Shown here one piece after another: positions 37,638 through 46,963 of a DNA stretch of 64,000 bases (positions are counted from its first letter, which is position 1; the number at the start of each line of letters is the position of its first letter). The stretch lies in IMG/VR virus record IMGVR_UViG_3300022602_000001. One strand, written 5' to 3'. This DNA is from a virus. A program made the translations under genes and the position numbers. A model generated the notes under the pieces. The model was not told the origin of the DNA, did not search any database, and saw nothing but the letters and a program-made list of their open reading frames with translations.

Positions 37638-39269
37638 ATGAGCACAACAACAAACGTTAGCGGGACAGAACTCAAGGAGAGGCTGCTTTCAGGAATCAAC
37701 AAGCTGAACCATGCGGTGTCTTCCACTCTTGGGCCAGGGGGAAGAACAGTTCTCATCAGGGAGCAGAGCGGCGAGGTGAAAGTCACAAAGGACGGAGTCT
37801 CTGTTGCAAAGTCATTCCACAAGCTGGAGGACGACATAGAGGACCTTGGAGCAACGCTGGTGAAGCAGGTGAGCATAAAGTCTGCAACCGAAGCGGGCGA
37901 CGGCACAACTACGTCCACTCTGCTGGCCACAAGGATTGTGGAAGAGGGACTGAAGAACATAAGACAGGGCACAAACGCAGTCGAGATAAAGATTGCAATT
38001 GACAAGGGCGTGGACGACGTCATAAAGCAGATAAGGAGCACTGCCAAGGAGGTGTCCTCCGAGGACCAAATAAAGCAAATAGCAACAATATCTGGCAACA
38101 ACGACGAGGAGGTCGGAAGCCTGATAGCAGTCGCAATAGAGAAGGTGGGAAGAGAAGGAGTCGTGACGATAGAAGAGTCAAAGACCGGAGAGACCAGCCT
38201 AGAAATAGTGGAGGGAATGCAGTTCGACAGAGGGTACAAGTCCCCCTTCTTTGTAACAAACAACTCCAGCATGACGGCCGGCCTGGAGAACCCATACGTA
38301 CTGCTGTACGATGGAAGAATATCTACCGCAAAGGACGTCCTTGAGTCTCTAACAAAGGCAAACACTGACAACAGGCCTCTGCTGATAATTTCTGAGGACA
38401 TCGGCGACGAGGCACTGGCCACGCTGATCGTGAACAAGATGAGAGGACTAGTTCAGGTGTGCGCCGTAAGGGCTCCAGACTTTGGGGACAGAAAGACCCT
38501 GATACTCGAGGACATAGCAGTTCTCACAGGGGGCCAAGTCATATCGAAGGACAAAGGCCACAAGCTTGACAAACTCACTCCTCAACAGTTGAGTGGATTC
38601 TTGGGCTCGGCCCGCCTGGCAACCGTGTCAAAAGAGGAGACGACCATAGTAGACGGAAGGGGAGACGAGAGCAAGATTGCTGCCAGGGCCGAAGAGATAA
38701 AGGACCAGATCGACAAGGCCACCTCTTTCTACGAGAAGGAGAAGCTGCAGGAGAGGCTGGGCAAGCTCGTCGGCGGAGTGGCAATAATAAACGTTGGAGG
38801 AAACTCTGACATAGAGATAAGGGAGAAGAAAGACAGGGTGGAGGACGCTCTGTACGCAACAAAGGCCGCCCTTGCGGATGGAATAGTTCCCGGCGGAGGC
38901 GCAGCTCTCTACAGCGCGTGCAGTGCCATTGAGCCGAGCGACTCGGACAGCAGGAGCACTGCAATTGCAAAGGAGGTGCTAAAAAAAGCCCTGCAGTCTC
39001 CGTTCAAGACCATACTCTCTAACGCAGGCGTTGAGAACTGGTACGAGTTCGTTCCAAACGCGGAGGAGGGGACAATATACAACGCAAAGAGCCACAGGAT
39101 GGTGAATGCCCTTGAGGCTGGAATAATAGACCCTGCAAAGGTGGTGATCACGGCCCTGAAGAATGCTGCCTCTGTGGCAGGAACAATTTTGACGACAGAG
39201 TCTGTTGTCTACGAAAAAAAATCAAAGGACGAAAAGGAAGAGCCAAATCCAATGGCTGGACTGATGTAA
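37638..39269 (+). CDS. groEL: Chaperonin GroEL
   Basis: TLGP.GR, TKDGVSVAK, AGDGTTT, EGMQFDRGY.SPFF, GIVPGGG motifs. Confidence 0.97.
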   Translation: MSTTTNVSGTELKERLLSGINKLNHAVSSTLGPGGRTVLIREQSGEVKVTKDGVSVAKSFHKLEDDIEDLGATLVKQVSIKSATEAGDGTTTSTLLATRIVEEGLKNIRQGTNAVEIKIAIDKGVDDVIKQIRSTAKEVSSEDQIKQIATISGNNDEEVGSLIAVAIEKVGREGVVTIEESKTGETSLEIVEGMQFDRGYKSPFFVTNNSSMTAGLENPYVLLYDGRISTAKDVLESLTKANTDNRPLLIISEDIGDEALATLIVNKMRGLVQVCAVRAPDFGDRKTLILEDIAVLTGGQVISKDKGHKLDKLTPQQLSGFLGSARLATVSKEETTIVDGRGDESKIAARAEEIKDQIDKATSFYEKEKLQERLGKLVGGVAIINVGGNSDIEIREKKDRVEDALYATKAALADGIVPGGGAALYSACSAIEPSDSDSRSTAIAKEVLKKALQSPFKTILSNAGVENWYEFVPNAEEGTIYNAKSHRMVNALEAGIIDPAKVVITALKNAASVAGTILTTESVVYEKKSKDEKEEPNPMAGLM

Positions 39270-39279
39270 AATTAAGATT

Positions 39280-40041
39280 ATGAAAAAATACAACACAACG
39301 GACCTGGATCCACAGACAACTTTTGAGCGACACGTGTTCCACAGGGACCAGTTTGCCCACTACCTGAGGTGGACTCACATACTAAAAGAGGCCAACGAGG
39401 GGGACACAATTGTGGACTTTGGGTCAGGCAAGGGAGCGCTGCTGGAGGTTCTGTACAGAAACAGAACCAGGTGCAAGAGCTACACGGGCATAGACATAAG
39501 AAGCAAAACCATCGAGGCAGCCAGCAAAAAGTACGAAATGGTCGAGTGGGCAAAGTTCTATGCGGACGATTTGATATACCCAAAGCTGAACTACGACGAA
39601 TTTCAGGCGGACAGGGTGTGCTCGTTTGAGGTGGCCGAGCACGTGGGCAAGAACAACATACAGACGTTCCTAGCAAACTTCAAGCGCTGTGGCCATTCTG
39701 ACGCAGTCTACTACCTCTCTACGCCCAACTTTGACTCGCAAGTGGGAGCTGCAGGCAACCACACCTACGACTCGGGAGACGGAAGAGGAGTTGCAGTGCA
39801 GGAGTTCGAGCACGAGGAGCTTGCAGCAGAGATCAGGTCGGCAGGGTTTGAGATCGTCAAAAAGTTCGGCACCTTTGCCAGCATAAAGGACTACAAGCAC
39901 CTAATGAACGACTGGCAGACCAGCATGTTCAATGCTCTGAAGGAGTACTACGACGTAAATCTCATATCAAACATAATGGCGCCAATGTTTCCGGAAAACT
40001 CAAGAAACACAATGTGGATTCTGAAGCAGGCAGGCAGCTAG
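39280..40041 (+). CDS. Class I SAM-dependent methyltransferase-like protein
   Basis: VDFGSGKG motif I, GIDI, SFEVAEHV, LSTPN. Confidence 0.85.
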   Translation: MKKYNTTDLDPQTTFERHVFHRDQFAHYLRWTHILKEANEGDTIVDFGSGKGALLEVLYRNRTRCKSYTGIDIRSKTIEAASKKYEMVEWAKFYADDLIYPKLNYDEFQADRVCSFEVAEHVGKNNIQTFLANFKRCGHSDAVYYLSTPNFDSQVGAAGNHTYDSGDGRGVAVQEFEHEELAAEIRSAGFEIVKKFGTFASIKDYKHLMNDWQTSMFNALKEYYDVNLISNIMAPMFPENSRNTMWILKQAGS

Positions 40042-40068
40042 TTCTTTTTGCAGTAAACGCTTTAATTA

Positions 40069-40092
40069 GGTCCCCCAGCAATGGGGGATTTT
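40069..40092 (+). terminator. Intrinsic terminator-like hairpin
   Basis: tccccca-gcaa-tggggga followed by tttt. Confidence 0.7.
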
Positions 40093-40149
40093 ATCTTTAA
40101 CTGCAAAAATTAATTTTACAATACAAAACAATTTTCATACATTGTCCTT

Positions 40150-40446
40150 ATGAAAAAGGAAAATCACAAAAACATACTCGATCAGGCAAAGGACATCGTC
40201 TACGAGAGGAACGAAGAGGCCGAGAGAATGTACGGCCCGTTCGACCAGGGAATGGAAAGAGTGTCAAAGCTTGCAACCATCATGTGCTCAAAGGAGATAA
40301 CCCCCAGCGACTGCTACAAGGTGCTGATAGCCCTTAAGCTGTCGAGGGAGTCCTACAACAGAAAGTACGACAACCTCCTGGACGCAATCTCATACATGAC
40401 CGGGCTGTACGAACACTACAAGGAGGAGTACGATGCAACACGATAA
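40150..40446 (+). CDS. DUF6378-like helical protein (nucleotide-pyrophosphatase-related)
   Basis: IL..A..IV..R....R.YG, LKLSR......DN.LD...Y pattern. Confidence 0.65.
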   Translation: MKKENHKNILDQAKDIVYERNEEAERMYGPFDQGMERVSKLATIMCSKEITPSDCYKVLIALKLSRESYNRKYDNLLDAISYMTGLYEHYKEEYDATR

Positions 40447-40699
40447 AATACAGTCGATCTCAGAGGAGATCCTAAAAATGGAAGCAATCGTTGAAAAGAT
40501 GAAGGCTGACAGGATAGAAATCAACCACGCATACGGCACTTACTTTCATCTTCCAAAAATGGCAGGAGGCTACGAGTGGGGAAGAAAGCATGGCAGCAAG
40601 TACATTCCATTCTACATCTCCTTTGAGGAAAAGCCCAGCTGGTTGAAGAGGACCATGGTGAAGTGGATTTTGGGCTTTGAATGGGTGGACAAAAAGTAA
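40433..40699 (+). CDS. Hypothetical protein
   Basis: Overlapping operonic ORF; KPSWLKR.MVKWILGFEWVD tail. Confidence 0.6.
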   Translation: MQHDKIQSISEEILKMEAIVEKMKADRIEINHAYGTYFHLPKMAGGYEWGRKHGSKYIPFYISFEEKPSWLKRTMVKWILGFEWVDKK

Positions 40700-40714
40700 A
40701 CAAAACAAACAAAA

Positions 40715-41012
40715 TATGTGCGTAGTATCAATGATCGGCGACCACTACCGTGACAAGTGGAGCGTGCCCCCTTACCAAGGTTATTTGTCTCAGGCAGTTG
40801 AAGGAACCACAACCAACCTGTTTTCTTTAATAACGCGGCCAGAGTTCGAGTCTCTGAAAAAAGAGGTCAAAGAGATGAAGGCCCTTTTGATCAAGGCCAA
40901 GATCTACGACGAAAAGAACAACGAGCCCAACTGCGAAATGGAGGACAAGATCAGCACTCTAAAGAAGATGGCAGAGCTGATGGGCGTGAGCCTGGACGAA
41001 GTCTTTAAATAA
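40715..41012 (+). CDS. Hypothetical protein (starts MCVVSMIGDHY; start coordinate approximate)
   Basis: A-rich leader; C-terminal YDEKNNEPNCEMEDK motif. Confidence 0.6.
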
Positions 41013-41025
41013 AAAAACAAAACAT

Positions 41026-41166
41026 ATGAAAAAAATCTTATTGGTGCTATTGGCATCAACAGCAATTGTGAGCTGCTCAGTGCAGAGATACGGGTGCAAC
41101 AATCCCACAGGACTGATTAAAAGAAACGGAGAGTACATTCATTTTAGAATAAGAGGAAAAAATTAA
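41026..41166 (+). CDS. Small lipoprotein (46 aa, not in ORF track)
   Basis: MKKILLVLLASTAIVS-C lipobox; fills the intergenic gap exactly. Confidence 0.7.
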   Translation: MKKILLVLLASTAIVSCSVQRYGCNNPTGLIKRNGEYIHFRIRGKN

Positions 41167-41173
41167 ACAAACC

Positions 41174-41476
41174 ATGAACTTAACAAACGAATTTGACAGC
41201 ATCAGGCAGTGGGCCCATGACAAGGGAATCCTCGAGAAGGGGGATCCAAAGACTCAGTACGCAAAGTTGATTGAGGAGGCAGGAGAGCTTGCCAAATCAA
41301 TACTCGACGACGACGAAGAGGAGTTCATTGATGCCATAGGGGACTGCGTTGTGGTGCTCACAAACTTGGCCAAGCTCAAGGGCCACAACATCGAGGACTG
41401 CATAAATTCTGCCTACGGTGTAATTGCCAAGAGGACTGGAAAAATGATCAACGGTACCTTTGTAAAGGAGCAGTAA
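41174..41476 (+). CDS. MazG-like nucleotide pyrophosphohydrolase
   Basis: KLIEEAGEL, DAIGD..VVL, AY..I..RTG motifs. Confidence 0.88.
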   Translation: MNLTNEFDSIRQWAHDKGILEKGDPKTQYAKLIEEAGELAKSILDDDEEEFIDAIGDCVVVLTNLAKLKGHNIEDCINSAYGVIAKRTGKMINGTFVKEQ

Positions 41477-41487
41477 AAAAAATCAAC

Positions 41488-41991
41488 ATGCCAACACAGA
41501 AAGAGCTGGACACAGTTTACATAAACGTTGCAAAAGAAATATCTTCCCTTTCAAAGTGCAGAAGGGCAAAGGTCGGCGCCATAATTGTCAACAACGGCAA
41601 CATAGTGAGCATGTCCTACAACGGCACAATTGCTGGAGAGGACAACTCCTGCGAGGACAAGCAGTACATGTCGGAGGACGCCGGTGGCTGGTTGGATCCA
41701 GAGATGGTTGACGAGATTTGGCCTTACGAGGACTCTGAGGGAAGGTACGCTCTTGTAACAAAGAAGGAGGTGATCCATGCTGAGATGGGGGCAATACTGA
41801 AAGCTGCAAAGTCTGGATACCCAGTTGAAGGATCCACTCTGTACTTGACACTGTCTCCGTGCAAGGACTGCGCAAAGCTGATAATACAGTCGGGGGTGAA
41901 CAGAGTGGTGTACTCTAAGGACTACAGGGACCTTTCTGCTGTTGAGTACTTAAAAAAATTCATACAAATAGACAAGCATGATTTACAGTAA
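41488..41991 (+). CDS. dCMP deaminase
   Basis: C.R.KVGA, YNG, HAE, LSPCKDC zinc motifs. Confidence 0.92.
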   Translation: MPTQKELDTVYINVAKEISSLSKCRRAKVGAIIVNNGNIVSMSYNGTIAGEDNSCEDKQYMSEDAGGWLDPEMVDEIWPYEDSEGRYALVTKKEVIHAEMGAILKAAKSGYPVEGSTLYLTLSPCKDCAKLIIQSGVNRVVYSKDYRDLSAVEYLKKFIQIDKHDLQ

Positions 41992-42613
41992 TGCAACAAG
42001 CGCCTTTGAGTCTCTTTACGGGCGCATAATGTCTGACGGAGAGCTGTTTGCAGACACCAAGGCCCTGTTCAACGAGTCATTTTCTCTGCTGAACCCAAAG
42101 GAGAGAATAATAATGACCCCACAAAGAAAGTTCAGCCAGGACTACGCAGAGTTAGAGTGGAAGTGGTACCTCTCTGGAGACAGGGATGCCACAGAAATTT
42201 CCGAAAGGGCAAAGATGTGGAAGAAGATGATGGTGCCTGGCACATCCAGCGTGGTCAGCAACTACGGCCATTTTTGGAACTATAACGACCAATTAAAAAG
42301 AGCAATAAATGAAATCAAAATCAACCCAGAGACCAGAAGGGCTATCGTCGTTCATTATCTACTACACGAACTGGATCTATATAAATACGATACACCTTGC
42401 AACCTGGCTCTTAACTTTTATGTGAGATCAGGACAATTGGACCTTACCGTCATGGCAAGATCGATTGACATTTGGTTTGGGTTCGGATGCGACCAGTACT
42501 GCTTCTCAAAGCTGATGGACATGGTGTCTGAGCAAACGGGACATCCAGTGGGACAGATGCATTGGCACGTGACAAACCTGCACCTGTACCCCAGGCACTT
42601 TGGTCTACTGTAA
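41978..42613 (+). CDS. Thymidylate-synthase-fold protein, dCMP hydroxymethylase/methylase-like
   Basis: SNYG, TRRA, DTPC (catalytic Cys), RSIDIWFGFGCDQY (Asp at the specificity position), NLHLY. Confidence 0.8.
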   Translation: MIYSNATSAFESLYGRIMSDGELFADTKALFNESFSLLNPKERIIMTPQRKFSQDYAELEWKWYLSGDRDATEISERAKMWKKMMVPGTSSVVSNYGHFWNYNDQLKRAINEIKINPETRRAIVVHYLLHELDLYKYDTPCNLALNFYVRSGQLDLTVMARSIDIWFGFGCDQYCFSKLMDMVSEQTGHPVGQMHWHVTNLHLYPRHFGLL

Positions 42614-42620
42614 AGATAAA

Positions 42621-42652
42621 TTTGCGGAAGTCTCACTAGTTTCCTATATTTG
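42621..42652 (+). promoter_or_regulatory. Bacteroidota sigma70-type promoter (TTTG-N20-TAnnTTTG)
   Basis: tttg at 42621-24, 20-nt spacer, tatatttg at 42645-52. Confidence 0.75.
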
Positions 42653-42666
42653 TAAAAATAAAAGTT

Positions 42667-43125
42667 ATGAGAGCGTACTGCGACAGATCTTTCCTTGAGT
42701 CGAAACTTTCCTGCCTGGACAAAAAAACTTACAATCCCTACCAGTGGTGGAGGAGGTACGGGGCAAAGAAGGAGCTGAACAAAAAGACTCCTTTGTACGA
42801 AAAGATAAAGAACGGCGACTACGATCCGTCGAGCTACTTGTACCAGATGGAGCACGAGTTCTATTTGATGGACGACAAGTTGTCCTCTCTGAAGGATCCC
42901 GAAAAGCTTCACGAGGCAAGGAGCCTATTTTTGGAGAGGGCCAGACGGCTCAACGAGGACTACCAAAAGAACGAGAAGGAGATCATGGACGGCCTGTGCA
43001 CGGACTTCTGCAAAACTTTCAAAATGAGCAGGCAGGAGCTGACTGACATCATGGAGAGCTTTGACGGAACCCTGTTGGAGCTGTACGAGTTCGTAAAAAA
43101 ATCGAAGAATGGAGACGTCGACTAA
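42667..43125 (+). CDS. Hypothetical protein
   Basis: aaagttATG start; YNPYQWWRRY and KIKNGDYD motifs. Confidence 0.75.
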   Translation: MRAYCDRSFLESKLSCLDKKTYNPYQWWRRYGAKKELNKKTPLYEKIKNGDYDPSSYLYQMEHEFYLMDDKLSSLKDPEKLHEARSLFLERARRLNEDYQKNEKEIMDGLCTDFCKTFKMSRQELTDIMESFDGTLLELYEFVKKSKNGDVD

Positions 43126-43408
43126 CAAGTACAGGCTGTACCTGTTCACCTATGGCATACTGTCTTTGCTGAAAGTTCTGGACCACTTTGTTTCAGAGGA
43201 AAAGTACGAGGAGTGCAAGAAGATAGTGGACGCAATAAAAGAGCAGAACAGCAGGCTTGGACTAGACCTGCCAACAGCCCTGAACAAAGAAGTCTATGCC
43301 ATGGTGATGGAAGAGTTCAACAGGACAGATCCGAAGGTGGACTTGGAGTGGCTGGAAAATTCAACTGATTATTACAAAAAATTTAATATTAAAAGAAACA
43401 GACCATGA
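43109..43408 (+). CDS. Hypothetical protein
   Basis: Operonic overlap; E.YEEC..I..AI helical-hairpin-like motif. Confidence 0.6.
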   Translation: METSTNKYRLYLFTYGILSLLKVLDHFVSEEKYEECKKIVDAIKEQNSRLGLDLPTALNKEVYAMVMEEFNRTDPKVDLEWLENSTDYYKKFNIKRNRP

Positions 43409-43992
43409 AGCACTACAATAAGCTGTGCATACCAACAGAATCATCTTGGAACAAGCGCACGTGGAGGAGATACTCTCCCTACTGGATAATTAGCATTGTT
43501 GATGGCATTTCCAACCTCATCAGGTGGCTTCCAACCATCTGGAGGGACAGGGACTGGGACGACTTCTACATCACAAAAATCCTGCAGAAAAAGATAGAGT
43601 TTCAGCGCGAGTATCTGGTTAAGCACAACAGGCACACTAGCACGGAGAGGGACAACAGGTACATGACGCTGGCGCTGAACCTGCTGGATAGGATCCACGA
43701 AGATTACTACTCGTTGGAGGCGTACGACTACCAAAAATTGGACATTGAGTTCGAGGATGCAGAGCATGGAACAAAGAGCTTGAAGATGGTGTCGGACGAA
43801 AAATTTAACCGGCTGGATGAGTACCTTGAAAAGTACAAGTCCTCAGTTCGTGCAGTAAAAAAAAGAAATCCAGAATTTGACCTATCCGACAAGCAGAGGC
43901 TGGCATTTTTTGTGTCGCACCACAACCAAAACAAGTGCGAGGACCTTCTTTACAGGATCCTGCGTGAGCACCTATCGTCTTGGTGGGATTAA
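43405..43992 (+). CDS. Conserved phage hypothetical protein
   Basis: W.PTIW.DRDWD motif and terminal WWD. Confidence 0.75.
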   Translation: MKHYNKLCIPTESSWNKRTWRRYSPYWIISIVDGISNLIRWLPTIWRDRDWDDFYITKILQKKIEFQREYLVKHNRHTSTERDNRYMTLALNLLDRIHEDYYSLEAYDYQKLDIEFEDAEHGTKSLKMVSDEKFNRLDEYLEKYKSSVRAVKKRNPEFDLSDKQRLAFFVSHHNQNKCEDLLYRILREHLSSWWD

Positions 43993-44013
43993 ACAAAAAA
44001 ATTAAAACAGAGA

Positions 44014-44157
44014 ATGAAAAAGTACATCAATGCTGCGCTCAGCTTGGCCACCGTAGGAATGCTGTTCTACACAATACACAATCAGAAACAGCAAATAAAT
44101 TTCTACAGGAGCAAAATTGCAGCTGCAGACTCAACAAAAATAAACATCAAGCGATGA
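44014..44157 (+). CDS. Small membrane protein (47 aa, not in ORF track)
   Basis: MKKYINAALSLATVGMLFYTIH...; its TGA overlaps the next ATG (ATGA). Confidence 0.6.
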   Translation: MKKYINAALSLATVGMLFYTIHNQKQQINFYRSKIAAADSTKINIKR

Positions 44158-44630
44158 AAAAAATGATCCTCTGTCTTGCACTTTTGTCGTCTCCTGCCAG
44201 GAGTACCACCCAGTGCAGTTTTGTCGACACCTCAGAGCCAGTCAAGGCACAGGACACAATCACGGTCAAAAGTTTGAGGGCACTAGTGGATTCAACGCCG
44301 CTAAGATTCAAGAGCATTGTTGTTGCGCAGGCAGTCCTGGAGAGCGGTTGGTTCAAGTCAAAGAATTTTGTTCAAAACAACAACCTGTTTGGGATGAAGA
44401 GGGTTTCTCACAGGGGCACTCTGTCTGACACCTCAATAAACGGGTATGCCCACTACAGGGGATGGAGGGAGAGCGTGTTGGACTACTGCATGATGGTTCA
44501 GTCAAACAGGAGGATGTCAAAGATAATTACTGAGAGGGCCTACTACGACTACCTCGACAGGGTGTACTCTGGCATGGGACTGAAGTACAGCACAGCAGTA
44601 AAAAAAATGATAAAAAAATATAAACTGTAA
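44154..44630 (+). CDS. Signal-peptide-bearing glucosaminidase (GH73-like)
   Basis: AQAVLESGW, NNLFGMK, Y..WRESVLDY motifs; hydrophobic N-terminus. Confidence 0.8.
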   Translation: MKKMILCLALLSSPARSTTQCSFVDTSEPVKAQDTITVKSLRALVDSTPLRFKSIVVAQAVLESGWFKSKNFVQNNNLFGMKRVSHRGTLSDTSINGYAHYRGWRESVLDYCMMVQSNRRMSKIITERAYYDYLDRVYSGMGLKYSTAVKKMIKKYKL

Positions 44631-44633
44631 TTG

Positions 44634-44816
44634 ATGAAAGAGGAAAAAAGGTTCAACTACGTGGTGGGCTTCTACGCGGACAACGGAGCAGTGCTTCCTT
44701 ACTCTTACGGATCTACTGTGTTTTTTGGCACGGATCAGGGAGCGGAGAGCATGAGAAAGTTCCTGTCCGAAAGAGCAAAAAAGGAGCTGAAAATCTTTAA
44801 ACTAAAAGAGGCATGA
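44634..44816 (+). CDS. Hypothetical protein
   Basis: Operonic ORF overlapping the thyA start. Confidence 0.55.
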   Translation: MKEEKRFNYVVGFYADNGAVLPYSYGSTVFFGTDQGAESMRKFLSERAKKELKIFKLKEA

Positions 44817-45940
44817 ACAGACTAGACCAGGACTACAAAAGTCTACTGAGCGACGTGCTTGTCAGTGGAACTGCAAAGGAGACCAGAAATGGCAAAGTTC
44901 TGAGCGTGTTTGGCAGGCAGATAAGGCACAGAATGAAGGATGGATTTCCAATTATAACAACAAGGAAAATTCACTGGAATTCTGTTGTGGCTGAGCTGCT
45001 GTGGTTCTTGAGAGGGGACACAAACATAAAGTACCTCGTCGACAATGGGTGCAACATTTGGGTTGGAGATGCGTACAAGAAGTACGCAGACCACTGGGGA
45101 AGTCCAGTAGAGGACATAAATTTTGAACTGTACAGAGGGGAGTTCCACCACGAAAAAAGGCTGTTCACAAAGGAGGAGTTCTTGGAAATTGTGAAAGGAA
45201 AGGACTTTTTGTCCTCCAACAACTCTTGGTGGGGAGACATGGGACCAATATATGGAAAGCAGTGGAGGAGGTGGTTTTACGGAAACTGGTGGTACAACGG
45301 CACAAGGCCGATGCCGGAGTCGAAGAACATCGATCAGCTGGCCAATTTGATCACAGAGCTGAAGACGAATCCGGACAGCAGAAGGCTGGTGGTCTCGTCG
45401 TGGAACCCGGGAGAGCTGGACAGAATGGTTTTGCCTCCCTGCCACTACTCCTTTCAAGTCTACACTCGCAAGCTGAGCACGGATGAGAGAAAAAAAATCT
45501 ACGAAGAATTGCACGTTGGTGGGCACGAGATTGAGTTTGACCACTGGCTGGAGGCAAAGTTAGCGACGCACAACATTCCAACCAGGGCCGTGTCCCTCAT
45601 GTACAACGCAAGAAGCCAAGACCTTCCGCTGGGCACTCCGTTCAACATTGCAAGCTACGGACTGCTGCTCAGCATCATTGCAAAGATTGTCAACATGGTG
45701 CCAGACGAGCTCATTGCAAGCATGGGAGACTGCCACATTTACCAGAACCAAGTGGAAGCGGCCATAGAGCAGCTGGACAGAAGCCCGTATGACCTTCCCA
45801 TCCTGATTCACAAAAAAGAAAACAGTTTTTACGAGTCAATTTTTGAGAACATGTCCCTGATTGAGAGCCTGAGTCCAAGCGACTTTCTGCTAGAGAACTA
45901 CGAGAGCCACCCACCAATAAAAATTCCTCTATCAAACTGA
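44813..45940 (+). CDS. thyA: Thymidylate synthase (canonical, dUMP)
   Basis: ELLWFLRG.TN, GPIYG.QWR, PDSRR, LPPCH, RSQDLPLGTPFNIASY, DCHIY motifs. Confidence 0.95.
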   Translation: MNRLDQDYKSLLSDVLVSGTAKETRNGKVLSVFGRQIRHRMKDGFPIITTRKIHWNSVVAELLWFLRGDTNIKYLVDNGCNIWVGDAYKKYADHWGSPVEDINFELYRGEFHHEKRLFTKEEFLEIVKGKDFLSSNNSWWGDMGPIYGKQWRRWFYGNWWYNGTRPMPESKNIDQLANLITELKTNPDSRRLVVSSWNPGELDRMVLPPCHYSFQVYTRKLSTDERKKIYEELHVGGHEIEFDHWLEAKLATHNIPTRAVSLMYNARSQDLPLGTPFNIASYGLLLSIIAKIVNMVPDELIASMGDCHIYQNQVEAAIEQLDRSPYDLPILIHKKENSFYESIFENMSLIESLSPSDFLLENYESHPPIKIPLSN

Positions 45941-45966
45941 TTGTTAAATACAACATACTTATAACA

Positions 45967-46638
45967 ATGAAAAGAATACTAACACTGGTCTTGATGCTGT
46001 TCATCTGGTCCACGACCAGAGCACAGGACACAGTTCACATTGTGCACACAAACTACACTACAGTCTATTCAAAGTCTTTGAAGTATCCGCTGCTGGTGGA
46101 ATGGTGGGACACAAGAGCAAAGGTGCAGTGCACAAATCCAGAGGCAAGAAAGGACCAGTTTGCTCCAGACCCTCAGGACGTAAACGACACAAAAATACAA
46201 GCAGACTACGATTCAGCAAACAAAGCGCACAAGAGGATGGGGCTGAAGGGGTTCGACAGAGGACACATGTGCCCTGCTGCTGACAACCTGTGCCAGACTC
46301 CAAAGGTTCAAACGGAGTGCTTCTACTTCTCAAACATGGCGCCGCAGTACCATGCACTGAACGCAGGCGACTGGAAGTCGCTGGAGACAGCTGAAAGGCA
46401 GTGGTCGATTCAGAACGACTCGGTCCACATTTGGTGCGGATCACTGGGAAGATCGGAGGTCTTTGGGCCCGACAGCCTTGCAGTTCCCGTGAAGTGCTGG
46501 AAGGTGCTGTTCATAGTGAGGACCAATGAGTGGCTTGCATACTTGTTCAACAACCTGGACGAGAAGCAAACGGGAATAAACCCCCACAGAGTGGACGTCA
46601 AAGTCATCGTCCAGCTAACAGGATTCAAATTCAACTAA
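45967..46638 (+). CDS. Secreted DNA/RNA non-specific endonuclease (NucA/Serratia-like)
   Basis: Signal peptide; DRGHMCPA, NMAPQ...LN.G.W..LE motifs. Confidence 0.9.
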   Translation: MKRILTLVLMLFIWSTTRAQDTVHIVHTNYTTVYSKSLKYPLLVEWWDTRAKVQCTNPEARKDQFAPDPQDVNDTKIQADYDSANKAHKRMGLKGFDRGHMCPAADNLCQTPKVQTECFYFSNMAPQYHALNAGDWKSLETAERQWSIQNDSVHIWCGSLGRSEVFGPDSLAVPVKCWKVLFIVRTNEWLAYLFNNLDEKQTGINPHRVDVKVIVQLTGFKFN

Positions 46639-46651
46639 TAAACAAAATTTC

Positions 46652-46909
46652 ATGAGAACTGCGTACTATTTTTCCTCTAGGACTTGCATACCGTGCAAGA
46701 CGTTCAAGCCCATATTCAAACAAGTCGCCTCTCAGGCGGGAATTACAGTCTCTGAGGTGGACGTTGACTCAAACGGATCCATGGTTCAGCAACTTGGAAT
46801 AAGCAAAGTTCCAACAATAGTCCTGACGGATGCGTTGACCAACAAAGAGCTGAAGAGGCACTCTGGAGCCATGAGCGCTCCAGCCCTTCTGCAGTTTTTA
46901 AAGTATTAG
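46652..46909 (+). CDS. Thioredoxin
   Basis: CIPC active site, VDVD, VPT motifs. Confidence 0.85.
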   Translation: MRTAYYFSSRTCIPCKTFKPIFKQVASQAGITVSEVDVDSNGSMVQQLGISKVPTIVLTDALTNKELKRHSGAMSAPALLQFLKY

Positions 46910-46963
46910 CAGGGTTGTTTTTTAGAGCTGTGCACATATTTATACTAAATTCACTGCACAGTC

